Shown here in pieces: positions 9,397 through 18,621 of a DNA stretch of 64,000 bases. Location of the stretch: contig JBHLOI010000006.1 in the NCBI GenBank assembly GCA_048940645.1, positions 47,316 to 111,315 on the forward strand. Direction: 5' to 3'. Below the pieces are notes generated by a model. That model did no database searches and was not told where the DNA came from. It saw nothing but the letters and a program-made list of their open reading frames with translations. Source of the stretch: Promethearchaeota archaeon (lineage in GTDB: Archaea; Asgardarchaeota; Lokiarchaeia; Sigyniarchaeales; SOKP01). Every line of letters begins with the position of its first letter. Positions within the stretch are counted from its first letter, which is position 1. Position numbers and translations under genes: made by a program.

Positions 9397-12183
9397 ATGG
9401 TTGAATACGATCCCCCCAAAATTGAGAAAAAATGGCAAGAAAAGTGGGAAAAGAGTAAAATATTTGAGGTTAAGGAAGATTTAGCTAAAAAAAGCCTAAA
9501 ATATTATGTTCTTGAAATGTATCCGTATCCATCATCTGAATTACATATGGGACATTTAAGAAATTATTCTATTGGGGATGCTTTTGCGCGTTATAAGAGA
9601 ATGTGTGGCTTTAACGTTTTGTATCCTATGGGATACGATTCTTTTGGCTTACCAGCTGAAAATGCTGCCATAGATCATGGAGTAGATCCTAGAGAATGGA
9701 CTGATTCGAATATTAATGCTATTCAACAACAACAAAAACGTATAGGACTTTCATATGACTGGACGAGGATGATTTATAGCCATGATCCAAATTATTTTAA
9801 GTGGGACCAATGGTTTTTTTTAAAAATGTTTGAAAAAGGTTTAGCATATAGAGAAAAATCTTATGTAAATTGGTGTCCTGATTGTGCTACAGTGCTTGCT
9901 AACGAGCAAGTTCAAGGAGGAAAATGTTGGAGATGTAATACAGATGTCGATCAAAAGTTTCTCACTCAATGGTTTTTAAAAATAAGAGCTTATGCGGAGC
10001 AATTACTCGAGGGTTTGAATATAGTTGATTGGCCAGAAAAAGTGAAATTAATGCAATCTAATTGGATTGGAAAATCAGAAGGGTCAATTATTAAATTTAC
10101 AATAGAAGGAGAAGAACGCACTATTGATATTTTTACAACTAGAGCAGATACATTATTCGGTGCTACATTTATGGTCTTCGCACCTGAACATCCATGGATT
10201 AGAGAATGGGTAGAAAACACTGATTATTTTGAAGAATTTGAGCAATTTTATGCAGAAGTAGCAAAACAGAATAAATTTGAAAGAACTGATATTGATATTG
10301 AAAAAAAAGGGATGTTTATTGGTAAGTATGCTTTAAATCCAATAAATAATGAAAAGCTGCCTATTTATATTGGAAATTTTGTCATCTATGAATATGGTGC
10401 TGGTGCAGTCATGGCTGTTCCTGCCCATGATCAAAGAGATTTCGAATTTGCTAAAGAATATAATATTCCAATCAAAGTAGTGATTCAACCATACGATTAT
10501 AAATTAACTCCTGAAAAGATGACTAGAGCTTATGTAAGTGATGGAATTTTATTTAATTCTGGTGAGTTTAATGGTATGGAAAATAGAAATGCAATAAATG
10601 CTATTACTGAAAAATTAGCTCAATTAGAAATGGGTTTTAATACTATTAATTATAAATTAAGAGACTGGCTAATTTCACGTCAGAGATACTGGGGTTGCCC
10701 AATACCTATTATTTATTGTGAAAACTGCGGAACTGTTCCTGTACCTTATGAAGCTTTACCCGTCAAACTGCCAACAGACGTTAAATTTACAGGTAAAGGA
10801 AATCCATTGAAAACAAGTAAAATTTATGCTAATGTGAACTGTCCTAAATGTAATAAACCCGCTAAGAGAGAAACTGATACAATGGACACATTTATTGATA
10901 GTTCATGGTACTTCTTTAGATATTGCGACCCTGAATCAAAAGATCTCCCATATAGAAAAAACCTTGTAGATTATTGGGGTAATATTGATCAATATATTGG
11001 TGGAATAGAACATGCAGTTATGCATTTATTATATGCTAGATTTTTTACTAAAGTTGCACGAGACTTAAATTTGCACTCTCTTGATGAACCCTTTCAAAGA
11101 TTATTAACTCAAGGTATGATCAATAAACTACACCCATATTGTCCAATGTGCGAAGCATTTGCAATGAAAGCAGATATGAATAATAAAGAATGTAAACGAT
11201 GTGGTACAAAATATATATTAAAAAGTGTAAAAATGAGTAAAAGTCTGGGAAATACCGTAGATCCTATCAGTATAATGGATAAATATGGTGCTGATGCAGC
11301 AAGATTCTTTATATTATTTGGTGCTAGTCCAAAGTCAGGACTAGAATGGTCAGATGAAGGTGTTGATTTTGCATTTAAATTTATTAAGAAGTTTTTCACA
11401 TTAATGTGTGAACCCCTAGACAAAATTAGAAAAGAGAGAAATATAAGAGACATTCTAATTGAATATTATTTAAATAAGACCATTAAAAGTGTTACTGAAA
11501 GCTTAAGCAAAATTGCGATAAGGGATTCTATTAATGAAATTATTCAACTTACATCAGAATTGAATAAATATAAACTTGAAGGAGTAAACAAAAAGATTTT
11601 TGAAATCTGCAAAACTAATTTAGTAAAATTATTACATCCAATTGCTCCTCATATCTCTGAGGAGATATGGGAGATTTTAGGAAATAAAAGTTTTTTAAGC
11701 TTAACAACATGGCCCTCATACGATGAAAATATTTTAACTGTTGAAAATGACTATAAATGGAAACTTCTAAATAATACAATGGATTCAGTGAATCATATTT
11801 TGCATATTATCAAGTTAAATAACATTAAAGAGATATCAATTATCGTCGCTGAAGATTGGAAGCATAGTTTAATTTCAGATTTACTAGAATTAATTGAAAA
11901 TATGGAAAATCATAACCAAATCATAAAAAAAATAATAAAAAATGAAGATTATAAGAAATATGGTAAATTCATCTCCAAGATAGTAGAAAACGCATTAAAA
12001 AATCGTGGTAAATATATGAGATCAACCCTATCTGCTGATGAAGAATATAATTTTTTTACCGATATAAAGTCGTTATTTGAAAAAAAATATCTCTGCCCCA
12101 TTAATGTATTGCATGAAAGAGATTCACATGAAAAAAAGGCAATTCAAGCTTTACCTGGAAGACCTGCTATTATTTTAAAATAA
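9397..12183 (+). CDS. leuS: Leucyl-tRNA synthetase, bacterial-type core with archaeal-type C-terminus
   Basis: MYPYPS.ELHMGH (HIGH), FGLPAENAAI, FTTRADTLFG editing motif, ISRQRYWG, KMSKS. Confidence 0.96.
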   Translation: MVEYDPPKIEKKWQEKWEKSKIFEVKEDLAKKSLKYYVLEMYPYPSSELHMGHLRNYSIGDAFARYKRMCGFNVLYPMGYDSFGLPAENAAIDHGVDPREWTDSNINAIQQQQKRIGLSYDWTRMIYSHDPNYFKWDQWFFLKMFEKGLAYREKSYVNWCPDCATVLANEQVQGGKCWRCNTDVDQKFLTQWFLKIRAYAEQLLEGLNIVDWPEKVKLMQSNWIGKSEGSIIKFTIEGEERTIDIFTTRADTLFGATFMVFAPEHPWIREWVENTDYFEEFEQFYAEVAKQNKFERTDIDIEKKGMFIGKYALNPINNEKLPIYIGNFVIYEYGAGAVMAVPAHDQRDFEFAKEYNIPIKVVIQPYDYKLTPEKMTRAYVSDGILFNSGEFNGMENRNAINAITEKLAQLEMGFNTINYKLRDWLISRQRYWGCPIPIIYCENCGTVPVPYEALPVKLPTDVKFTGKGNPLKTSKIYANVNCPKCNKPAKRETDTMDTFIDSSWYFFRYCDPESKDLPYRKNLVDYWGNIDQYIGGIEHAVMHLLYARFFTKVARDLNLHSLDEPFQRLLTQGMINKLHPYCPMCEAFAMKADMNNKECKRCGTKYILKSVKMSKSLGNTVDPISIMDKYGADAARFFILFGASPKSGLEWSDEGVDFAFKFIKKFFTLMCEPLDKIRKERNIRDILIEYYLNKTIKSVTESLSKIAIRDSINEIIQLTSELNKYKLEGVNKKIFEICKTNLVKLLHPIAPHISEEIWEILGNKSFLSLTTWPSYDENILTVENDYKWKLLNNTMDSVNHILHIIKLNNIKEISIIVAEDWKHSLISDLLELIENMENHNQIIKKIIKNEDYKKYGKFISKIVENALKNRGKYMRSTLSADEEYNFFTDIKSLFEKKYLCPINVLHERDSHEKKAIQALPGRPAIILK

Positions 12184-12344
12184 GAAAATTAGTATATCAA
12201 AAGAAAAAAATATTTAAAATTCTTTTGTTTCACCAATTATCACATAGATATTAACTCAATTAATTTAAATATTTATACTTAAATCATTATTAGTAGATAT
12301 ACCATAAATTAATTGATGAAAACTTATTATTAAAATCAACAATT

Positions 12345-13202
12345 ATGACCTTTTATGAACTTTCAGTTATAACTAATACGGGATTTCCTTATTACCACTT
12401 AAAGGTGAAAGATCCACCGAAAAATGTAACACTATTTTTAAGATTTTTTGATTTTTCCGAAAACAAATCAGAGCAAGTCTTAAATTTAGACCCTCTCAGT
12501 TCTTTTGAACTTAATGCGGGTCTTGCTTCTGCCTTATTTGAATTTGCGCGTAATTTAGATAAAAAAATAGAAATTCTTGAATTTAATTCAAATAAAAAAG
12601 CTAATTATTCTAATGAAGATTCAAAATATAATGGAGATGTATTGATAACTACTCAAACAGAACCTTATTTGTTACATAAATCAGTTCGTCAAAAAATAAA
12701 GCTAATTTACAATTTAATTATAGGAGACAAAGTTCCTCTTGACTCAGCATTAGAAATTTTACAAAATGAGGAAGATCTGATTCTTGATATATTAATGGAT
12801 AAAGAAGCAAGAAATCGAATTCAGGCTAATAATAAAGAAATATCAAAGCTAGGAAATGATCTACTCAGTGAAATGAAAGGTTACGGTCTTAATGGAATAT
12901 GTATTACTTCATTTGATTTATCACCAATTATTGTATTTGGAAAAAAATATACTTTGAATGATCTTAACACAATTCTTAGGCATATAGGAATTTTTCCTGA
13001 AATATCTCCTATGGAATGGATCTATAGGCAGTCTTATCTTTCACAAGAGCAAATATGGGTTTACATTATTAAGTCAGGAGTAGGACCAACAGTTAATGGG
13101 CTGTTTGAATCATATTTTTATCTCTTATTCTCTGAACCCCAATCATACTTAGGAGAATTTCCTGGAACATTAGCCACAAAATTTAATCAAATACTTGGAT
13201 AA
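12345..13202 (+). CDS. Asgard-type protein, probable longin-like N-terminal domain plus roadblock/profilin-like C-terminal domain
   Basis: FYELSVITNTGFPYY beta-hairpin and ELNAGLASALFEFARNLDKKIEILEF helix-strand are typical of longins; GICITSFDLSPII in second half. Confidence 0.5.
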   Translation: MTFYELSVITNTGFPYYHLKVKDPPKNVTLFLRFFDFSENKSEQVLNLDPLSSFELNAGLASALFEFARNLDKKIEILEFNSNKKANYSNEDSKYNGDVLITTQTEPYLLHKSVRQKIKLIYNLIIGDKVPLDSALEILQNEEDLILDILMDKEARNRIQANNKEISKLGNDLLSEMKGYGLNGICITSFDLSPIIVFGKKYTLNDLNTILRHIGIFPEISPMEWIYRQSYLSQEQIWVYIIKSGVGPTVNGLFESYFYLLFSEPQSYLGEFPGTLATKFNQILG

Positions 13203-13216
13203 ATTTTATAAAACTT

Positions 13217-13996
13217 CTAATTTAAAGTTGCTTGTGCTGCTTTTATTATTTCAAATAAGGAATCTGCTTGTAGAGAAGCGCCTCCTACTAGCCCTCCATC
13301 AATATTCTCTTTTCTAAATAAATCTTCAGCATTATTTGGTTTTATTGAACCACCATATTGGATTCTTACACTTTGAGCTGTATCTTTATCATAATAGGTA
13401 TCTAATAATTCACGAATGTAGAGATGTATCTCTTCAGCCTGCTCTGGTGTGGCTGTTCTACCTGTTCCTATTGCCCAAATTGGTTCGTAAGCAATTATTG
13501 TTTTTCTTATTTCTAGTTTAGTTAGATCCTTAAATGTATTCCTGAATTGATTAAGAATAATTTCTTTAGTTCTACCAGCTTCTCTATCTTCAAGGTGTTC
13601 TCCTATACATACTATTGGATTTAAACTCACGGATAAAGCTTTTTTCAACTTTTTATTTATTAATTCATCAGTCTCTTGAAAAATATCCCTCCTTTCACTA
13701 TGTCCCAGTATAACATATTCGCAACCAATATTTTTAATGAATATAGGAGAAATTTCTCCTGTAAAAGCTCCTTTTTCTTCAAAATACATATTTTGAGCTC
13801 CAACCTTTATTTGTGTCTTTTTAAGAGTATTAAAAATTGTATTTAAAACTGTATATGGCGGAAAGATAATAATTTCAACTGAGGTTTTCTTTTTTAGATA
13901 GGATTTAAGGTCTTGAATCATTTTTAAAGCTTCTTTAGGCGTTCCTCGATTCATTTTCCAATTTGCACCAATAACTGGTTTTCTCATCAAATTCAC
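13217..13996 (-). CDS. tpiA: Triosephosphate isomerase, bacterial/eukaryotic long type
   Basis: GANWKMN, GAFTGEIS, ILGHSERR, AYEPIWAIGTG, YGGS, GGLVGGASL. Confidence 0.97.
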   Translation of the reverse strand: MNLMRKPVIGANWKMNRGTPKEALKMIQDLKSYLKKKTSVEIIIFPPYTVLNTIFNTLKKTQIKVGAQNMYFEEKGAFTGEISPIFIKNIGCEYVILGHSERRDIFQETDELINKKLKKALSVSLNPIVCIGEHLEDREAGRTKEIILNQFRNTFKDLTKLEIRKTIIAYEPIWAIGTGRTATPEQAEEIHLYIRELLDTYYDKDTAQSVRIQYGGSIKPNNAEDLFRKENIDGGLVGGASLQADSLFEIIKAAQATLN

Positions 13997-14119
13997 TTCT
14001 TTAATGATTATTAATTTTAAATAAATCTATCTTCAATCTAATTTCAATTTTAAGAAGGATTATAATGTTAAAGATTCTAAAAAATAAAATTGTTTTTAAA
14101 AAGAGTATCAAAAGAAAAA

Positions 14120-14623
14120 TTAATCTTCTTTCTTAAGTTTTTCAGCTAATTTTGTTGTTTCTAAAAGTTTTTGTACTTCATTAACATCAGGAGTCAAAAC
14201 TTTTGGTAAACCAAGTTGATCTCTCCTTCTTTCTATCGCTGGTTGCATCGGGATTGCTTTTCCATTTTCCAAAATTGTTGAAGCCTGAGTAGTATAGTAA
14301 TCAGGAGCTTCTCCCCGATCAACGCTCATATTTTTTAGAATAGTAAAGATTTCAGTAAGTTCAACCTTTTGAGGGCAAACCTCATCACAGGTATCACAAA
14401 CTGTGCATCCCCAGATATTAAATGCGTTTTCCTTACCAAAAATCTTTTCTTTTAGCCCAAGGAGAGCATCTAAAATCAATCTTCTTGGATTATAACGTCC
14501 ATTAGTGACTTGTGCTACCGGACATGCTCCACTGCAAGTAGCACACTGATAACAATAAGCAAGCGTACTCCCAATATCAGATTGGATGATTTGGTTTCTA
14601 AAATCAAAATCTATTGTTGCCAT
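14120..14623 (-). CDS. hdrC: Heterodisulfide reductase subunit C-like Fe-S protein
   Basis: CYQCATCSGACP and WGCTVCDTCDEVCPQ. Confidence 0.88.
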   Translation of the reverse strand: MATIDFDFRNQIIQSDIGSTLAYCYQCATCSGACPVAQVTNGRYNPRRLILDALLGLKEKIFGKENAFNIWGCTVCDTCDEVCPQKVELTEIFTILKNMSVDRGEAPDYYTTQASTILENGKAIPMQPAIERRRDQLGLPKVLTPDVNEVQKLLETTKLAEKLKKED

Positions 14624-14816
14624 TTTAATTATATGAGATTTACTTAAACTTATATATTAATAACTCTCATTCTATTTTAAAATTAATTCTTTTATTTTTC
14701 AATCAAAATCATTTTAAAAAAGATATTTTAAACATTTTTAATGAAATTAATAAGGTTTATAAGAGGTAGGTAAAAAAAAGATAAAATCAATTTTTTAAAT
14801 ATATTTTTATGAAAAA

Positions 14817-15173
14817 TTAAATTTTCGCTATAATACTTTTTAAAACATTCTCTCCGGCAGCTCCTATCATTATTCCATCTATTACTGAAGCTTGACCTGG
14901 AATCTCAATAGTACCGTCAACCATTTTGCCATCTTTAAAAAATAAAAGCGTTGGGATAGCTGTCACACCAAACCTTTCACCTAGAGGTCTATTTTGTTCT
15001 AAATCTACAGTTAGTAATTTTATAAGCCCCTCTTCCTTGAGCTTTTCTAAGATTGGACTTAAAAATTTGCAGGGATTACACCAAACCGTATAAATATCAC
15101 ATATTAAGACCCCTTCCTTCATATCCTCAGTAATATCGAGTCCATAATTTTTTAGTTCTTCGATATTAGTCAT
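14817..15173 (-). CDS. Thioredoxin-family protein
   Basis: WCNPC active site; FGVTAIPTLLFFKDGK cis-Pro motif. Confidence 0.9.
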   Translation of the reverse strand: MTNIEELKNYGLDITEDMKEGVLICDIYTVWCNPCKFLSPILEKLKEEGLIKLLTVDLEQNRPLGERFGVTAIPTLLFFKDGKMVDGTIEIPGQASVIDGIMIGAAGENVLKSIIAKI

Positions 15174-15324
15174 ATAATCTCAACCTTTAATATTTACAAA
15201 TTTTGCTAAAGTTAATTTTAATAATGTACGAAATAATAAATTATTTTGGTTAATATTGATAGGAATAATTAATTTGAGTTTATATTAGTTTCATTTATAA
15301 AAAATCAAGGAGCTAACAAGAAAA

Positions 15325-15346
15325 GTTATGAATTTCTTCTCATAAC
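15325..15346. promoter_or_regulatory. Perfect inverted repeat GTTATGA-N8-TCATAAC, possible operator or hairpin
   Basis: Lies in the divergent intergenic region between trx and the Bet3-like pair. Confidence 0.35.
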
Positions 15347-15465
15347 AAATCTCTTTTGTATAATTAAAATCTCATCTATTTAAAATTCGAATTTGTATCA
15401 TAAATGTTAAATTAGATTATCCTTTTTCAATTATTATTTAAATTTTGATTTTTCTGAGTGAATTA

Positions 15466-15978
15466 ATGATGAGTTATACAAGGAAAGATTTAGTACAATC
15501 AGATGCTACTATGAATCAAATGCGTAATGCAATTTATCACCTTGAACGTTTTATGAAGAATAATAGTATTTCTGAAATTAAACAAAGATTTCATAGAATG
15601 GGTCAAAATATTGCTAATACCTACATTAAACATTGGAAACCCATTGATAAGGTAGATATTACAAATATAAAGAGTGTTCTCGCTACTATTTATAAAAATA
15701 TCTTAAATAGCTCAGTTTCAATTGAGATCAATGATTATGAAAAACTTATTATAATAAGAGATAGTGATTGCCCTCTATGTAAATATCATTTTGAAGATAT
15801 TCAAGTAGCTGGATGTGAAATTATAGCAGCAATGGTAATCGAACTTGTTTCATTGATAAATAAACAAGCAACTAATAATTCTTCATTCTCTATTCATCCT
15901 ATTGAAATTAAAGAATCACGTACTTTTGGTAATAAATCATGTATTCAACTATTTAAGTATGATAACGGAGGAGAATAA
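15466..15978 (+). CDS. Bet3/TRAPP-V4R family protein (ORF track start 15445; first ATG 15466)
   Basis: KQRFHRMGQNIA helix like Bet3; IIIRDSDCPLC, GCEIIAAM and ESRTFGNKSC V4R-type Cys pattern. Confidence 0.65.
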   Translation: MMSYTRKDLVQSDATMNQMRNAIYHLERFMKNNSISEIKQRFHRMGQNIANTYIKHWKPIDKVDITNIKSVLATIYKNILNSSVSIEINDYEKLIIIRDSDCPLCKYHFEDIQVAGCEIIAAMVIELVSLINKQATNNSSFSIHPIEIKESRTFGNKSCIQLFKYDNGGE

Positions 15979-15979
15979 G

Positions 15980-17455
15980 ATGGGTGTTGTTCAATGGTTA
16001 TTAAAAAAGATTACAAAAGTTTTTGGTCGTAGTACTAATTCTCTTTTCTATACACTTCTTTATCGTGAAATTCTCAAAGAGATTAATGAAATTACTGAGA
16101 ATGAACAAGATAGTTTAATCATTTTAAGAGAAGTTGGTAAAAATGCTGCTTTAGAATCATGTGAGCGCCATTCAGGTATATTTAGGTGGATGCCTGGCAA
16201 TCCTAAAAAAGTTCTTGAATACTTTGAACTATTATGGGTGGTCGTATTTGGAAAGGAGATTGCAGAAGGAGATTTAACACATGAAGAAATACCTAAGAAG
16301 GATTCAAAATATAATGATTATATAATCACAATTAAGAATTGTCCAATTTGCGCTGGTTATGGACTAGATGAGAAAGACACTTTTAACTTTCAAAAAATAA
16401 AGAATCAGGAAACTGAAGGATTAGCTTGCGGCTTATGTGGAATGCTGGAAAGTGTAGCCAACTTTATTCTTAAAATAAAGAGAAATGATTATCGAATTAA
16501 CATAGTAGAGCAAAAATGTAAGGCAAAAGGAGATGAATCTCTTCAGTTTATATGTAAAATTTATGATCTTGCTGAATGGAAGGAAATCACTGCGATTCAA
16601 ATACAAAATCAATTAAAATCTAGTGTATTTCTTGAAGAAAGAATGGAAGAGGACCTTATTCAAGAGACAAAATTAGATATTATAGATAAATTACAAGATG
16701 CTCTTTCATTAGATAAAATTGAAGAATTACTTGATGAGCCATTAGAAGGAATAAAGAGAAAGGTAGCAGAAATTATTGAGGATAAGCTCAATATGGAACC
16801 AGAACATTTCTTTGATTACTTTACGAATTATGAAGATGATATGATTAGAATAATTGGTTTTTTAACTATACATGTTTTTAATGAATATGGAGGATTAGTG
16901 GAAAAAATATTAGAAAATGAAACTTTTGCGAAAGTTGCAGGTTATCTATTTAAACAATTAAGGGAATTTGCTTTACTTTTCCTTCCTATAGATGTAATAA
17001 ATGATTATCATCACCTTTTGATAAGTTTCCTTGAAGGACTTGCTCCAGCAGATATGGTTGAAAATGTAAAGAAATTTTCAGGAAAAGATGATATAAATTT
17101 CCTATTTGAAGGTGCTCAAATCGCTTTAGAGAATTTAGGTATTAATTTTTCAGAATTAAAAGAAAATGTTTGGGAAGAATTAAGAAGAGAAAAAGAAGGT
17201 GAGTTAATTTCCTCTGAAGAATCGATGATAGAAAAAACAGAAGAAAAATTTCCAAAGATAATAGGAATTATCCAAGAAGTTCTAATGCTCTTCAATCAAA
17301 TACTTACGTTACCTATACGCGTTTTAGTCTCTGAAAGTCATTATGGCTTGAAAACTGCCATTAATTCAGTTGTCTCAGAAGAAGAAGGATTATTTGGTAG
17401 CATCAAAGGAAGGATTGATACTATTTTTGATTATATTCAAGAAATAAGAAAGTAA
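15980..17455 (+). CDS. Bet3/Trs31-like V4R domain fused to a ~290 aa acidic helical C-terminal region
   Basis: ATG 15980 preceded by GGAGG; SLFYTLLYREI, LREVGKNAA, LWVVVFGKEI, NCPIC, CGLCGMLE, EQKCKAKGD. Confidence 0.65.
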   Translation: MGVVQWLLKKITKVFGRSTNSLFYTLLYREILKEINEITENEQDSLIILREVGKNAALESCERHSGIFRWMPGNPKKVLEYFELLWVVVFGKEIAEGDLTHEEIPKKDSKYNDYIITIKNCPICAGYGLDEKDTFNFQKIKNQETEGLACGLCGMLESVANFILKIKRNDYRINIVEQKCKAKGDESLQFICKIYDLAEWKEITAIQIQNQLKSSVFLEERMEEDLIQETKLDIIDKLQDALSLDKIEELLDEPLEGIKRKVAEIIEDKLNMEPEHFFDYFTNYEDDMIRIIGFLTIHVFNEYGGLVEKILENETFAKVAGYLFKQLREFALLFLPIDVINDYHHLLISFLEGLAPADMVENVKKFSGKDDINFLFEGAQIALENLGINFSELKENVWEELRREKEGELISSEESMIEKTEEKFPKIIGIIQEVLMLFNQILTLPIRVLVSESHYGLKTAINSVVSEEEGLFGSIKGRIDTIFDYIQEIRK

Positions 17456-17568
17456 ATCTCTTTGAAAATTCTATTTTTTTAAATTAATCGCAAAATAACT
17501 AAGTTTTTAGCCCAGTAGTAGATCCGCTTTTTCAAAGAAAGTAAAATAATAAAAAAAATAAATAAAAT

Positions 17569-18276
17569 TTAGGTTTTTATTCCGAGATATATTAAAATGC
17601 TACTAATAATAACTCCAAATCTAACAATAGATACCGCAATTATAGGAGGAACTACTGAATCAAAAGCTACAATAATTGCAAAGACAATAAAGCCAATTGC
17701 TAGATATAGAAACTTCTTTCTTAAAATCCCTGTTGCTTGTTTAGCTTTCACCAAGAAGCCAATACCGTTAAAAATTAAAATAGATAGTATAAAAACAATT
17801 AAAAAGTAGGACGTGTAATAGGAATAATCACTAGATGTATCAATCAAGTCTGTACCAGGGCCAAGGGGGGGCGGAGTAAATTCAAAAGAACCTATAGGGT
17901 TCGAAAAAAGAAAATATTCATAAACAACACTTATAATAAGGAAAATCCCCACTAGAATCCATTTCTTTTTTGGTATCAATAATTCTCCACCAATATACAT
18001 ACCCAAAGTTATACCCGGAGCGGCCCACATATAACTTAGTAATGGATATACCCAAATTGGGTCAATATTAGTATCTGTTATAAGGATTTTGATAAAATCC
18101 GTGGTTGGGCCTAACCACAATAATCCAATAAAAATAATAGTCAACGCAGTAACAGTAAGAAGTTTAGCTTTCAATTTATTTGCTCTATATAAACCATAAA
18201 AGCCTATTATTATATTTATAGTAAGTACACCCAAAGCAGAAATTCCGTTAAGCCATCCTTCAATGGTAGCAAACAA
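17569..18276 (-). CDS. Polytopic (~7 TM) membrane protein, unknown function
   Basis: About seven hydrophobic segments; no catalytic domain recognised. Confidence 0.75.
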   Translation of the reverse strand: MFATIEGWLNGISALGVLTINIIIGFYGLYRANKLKAKLLTVTALTIIFIGLLWLGPTTDFIKILITDTNIDPIWVYPLLSYMWAAPGITLGMYIGGELLIPKKKWILVGIFLIISVVYEYFLFSNPIGSFEFTPPPLGPGTDLIDTSSDYSYYTSYFLIVFILSILIFNGIGFLVKAKQATGILRKKFLYLAIGFIVFAIIVAFDSVVPPIIAVSIVRFGVIISSILIYLGIKT

Positions 18277-18341
18277 TTTTATGATTCACCTTTTTATAAT
18301 TTATAATTTAATTTTTAATACTTTACATATTATAGAATTGA

Positions 18342-18560
18342 TTTTATTTAAAAGATATAATAATATACGGGTATGCAATATTTATACTTTTAGAACAATT
18401 TGGGTCATTAATGATAGGGACTGGATTTGGATGGCTACTGTTAATACTAACTATTTTATTCTGAGCATTTTTTGGGACACTCGGAGGAATTATTGATAAT
18501 GGATTGTTAGTCATGTTTAGATTTTACCTTAAGAGAAAAATAACTAGGAATGGTGATTAA
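18342..18560 (+). pseudogene. Probable remnant of a membrane-protein gene with an in-frame TGA
   Basis: Frame reads FYLKDIIIYGYAIFILLEQFGSLMIGTGFGWLLLILTILF*AFFGTLGGIIDNGLLVMFRFYLKRKITRNGD*; TGA at 18462; no clear start codon at its 5' end. Confidence 0.45.
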
Positions 18561-18621
18561 GTTCTGTTCAAGGGGTTAAAGAAAATTATCATTTTTTATT
18601 ATTTTTTAATAGTTTAGTTTA

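Noticed and set aside
15902-15979. ORF-track N-terminal extension of the second Bet3-like gene
   Set aside because: Overlaps the upstream gene; ATG 15980 has a GGAGG ribosome-binding site
17569-18276. 7-TM protein as a rhodopsin or GPCR
   Set aside because: No retinal-binding Lys motif in the last helix and no GPCR motifs
18462-18464. TGA as a selenocysteine codon
   Set aside because: Lies in a TM-like segment with no redox motif, and I could not identify a SECIS-like structure downstream
18263-18496. 77-aa ORF from the track
   Set aside because: Overlaps the start and promoter of the 7-TM gene; a different frame gives the more protein-like (pseudogene) sequence
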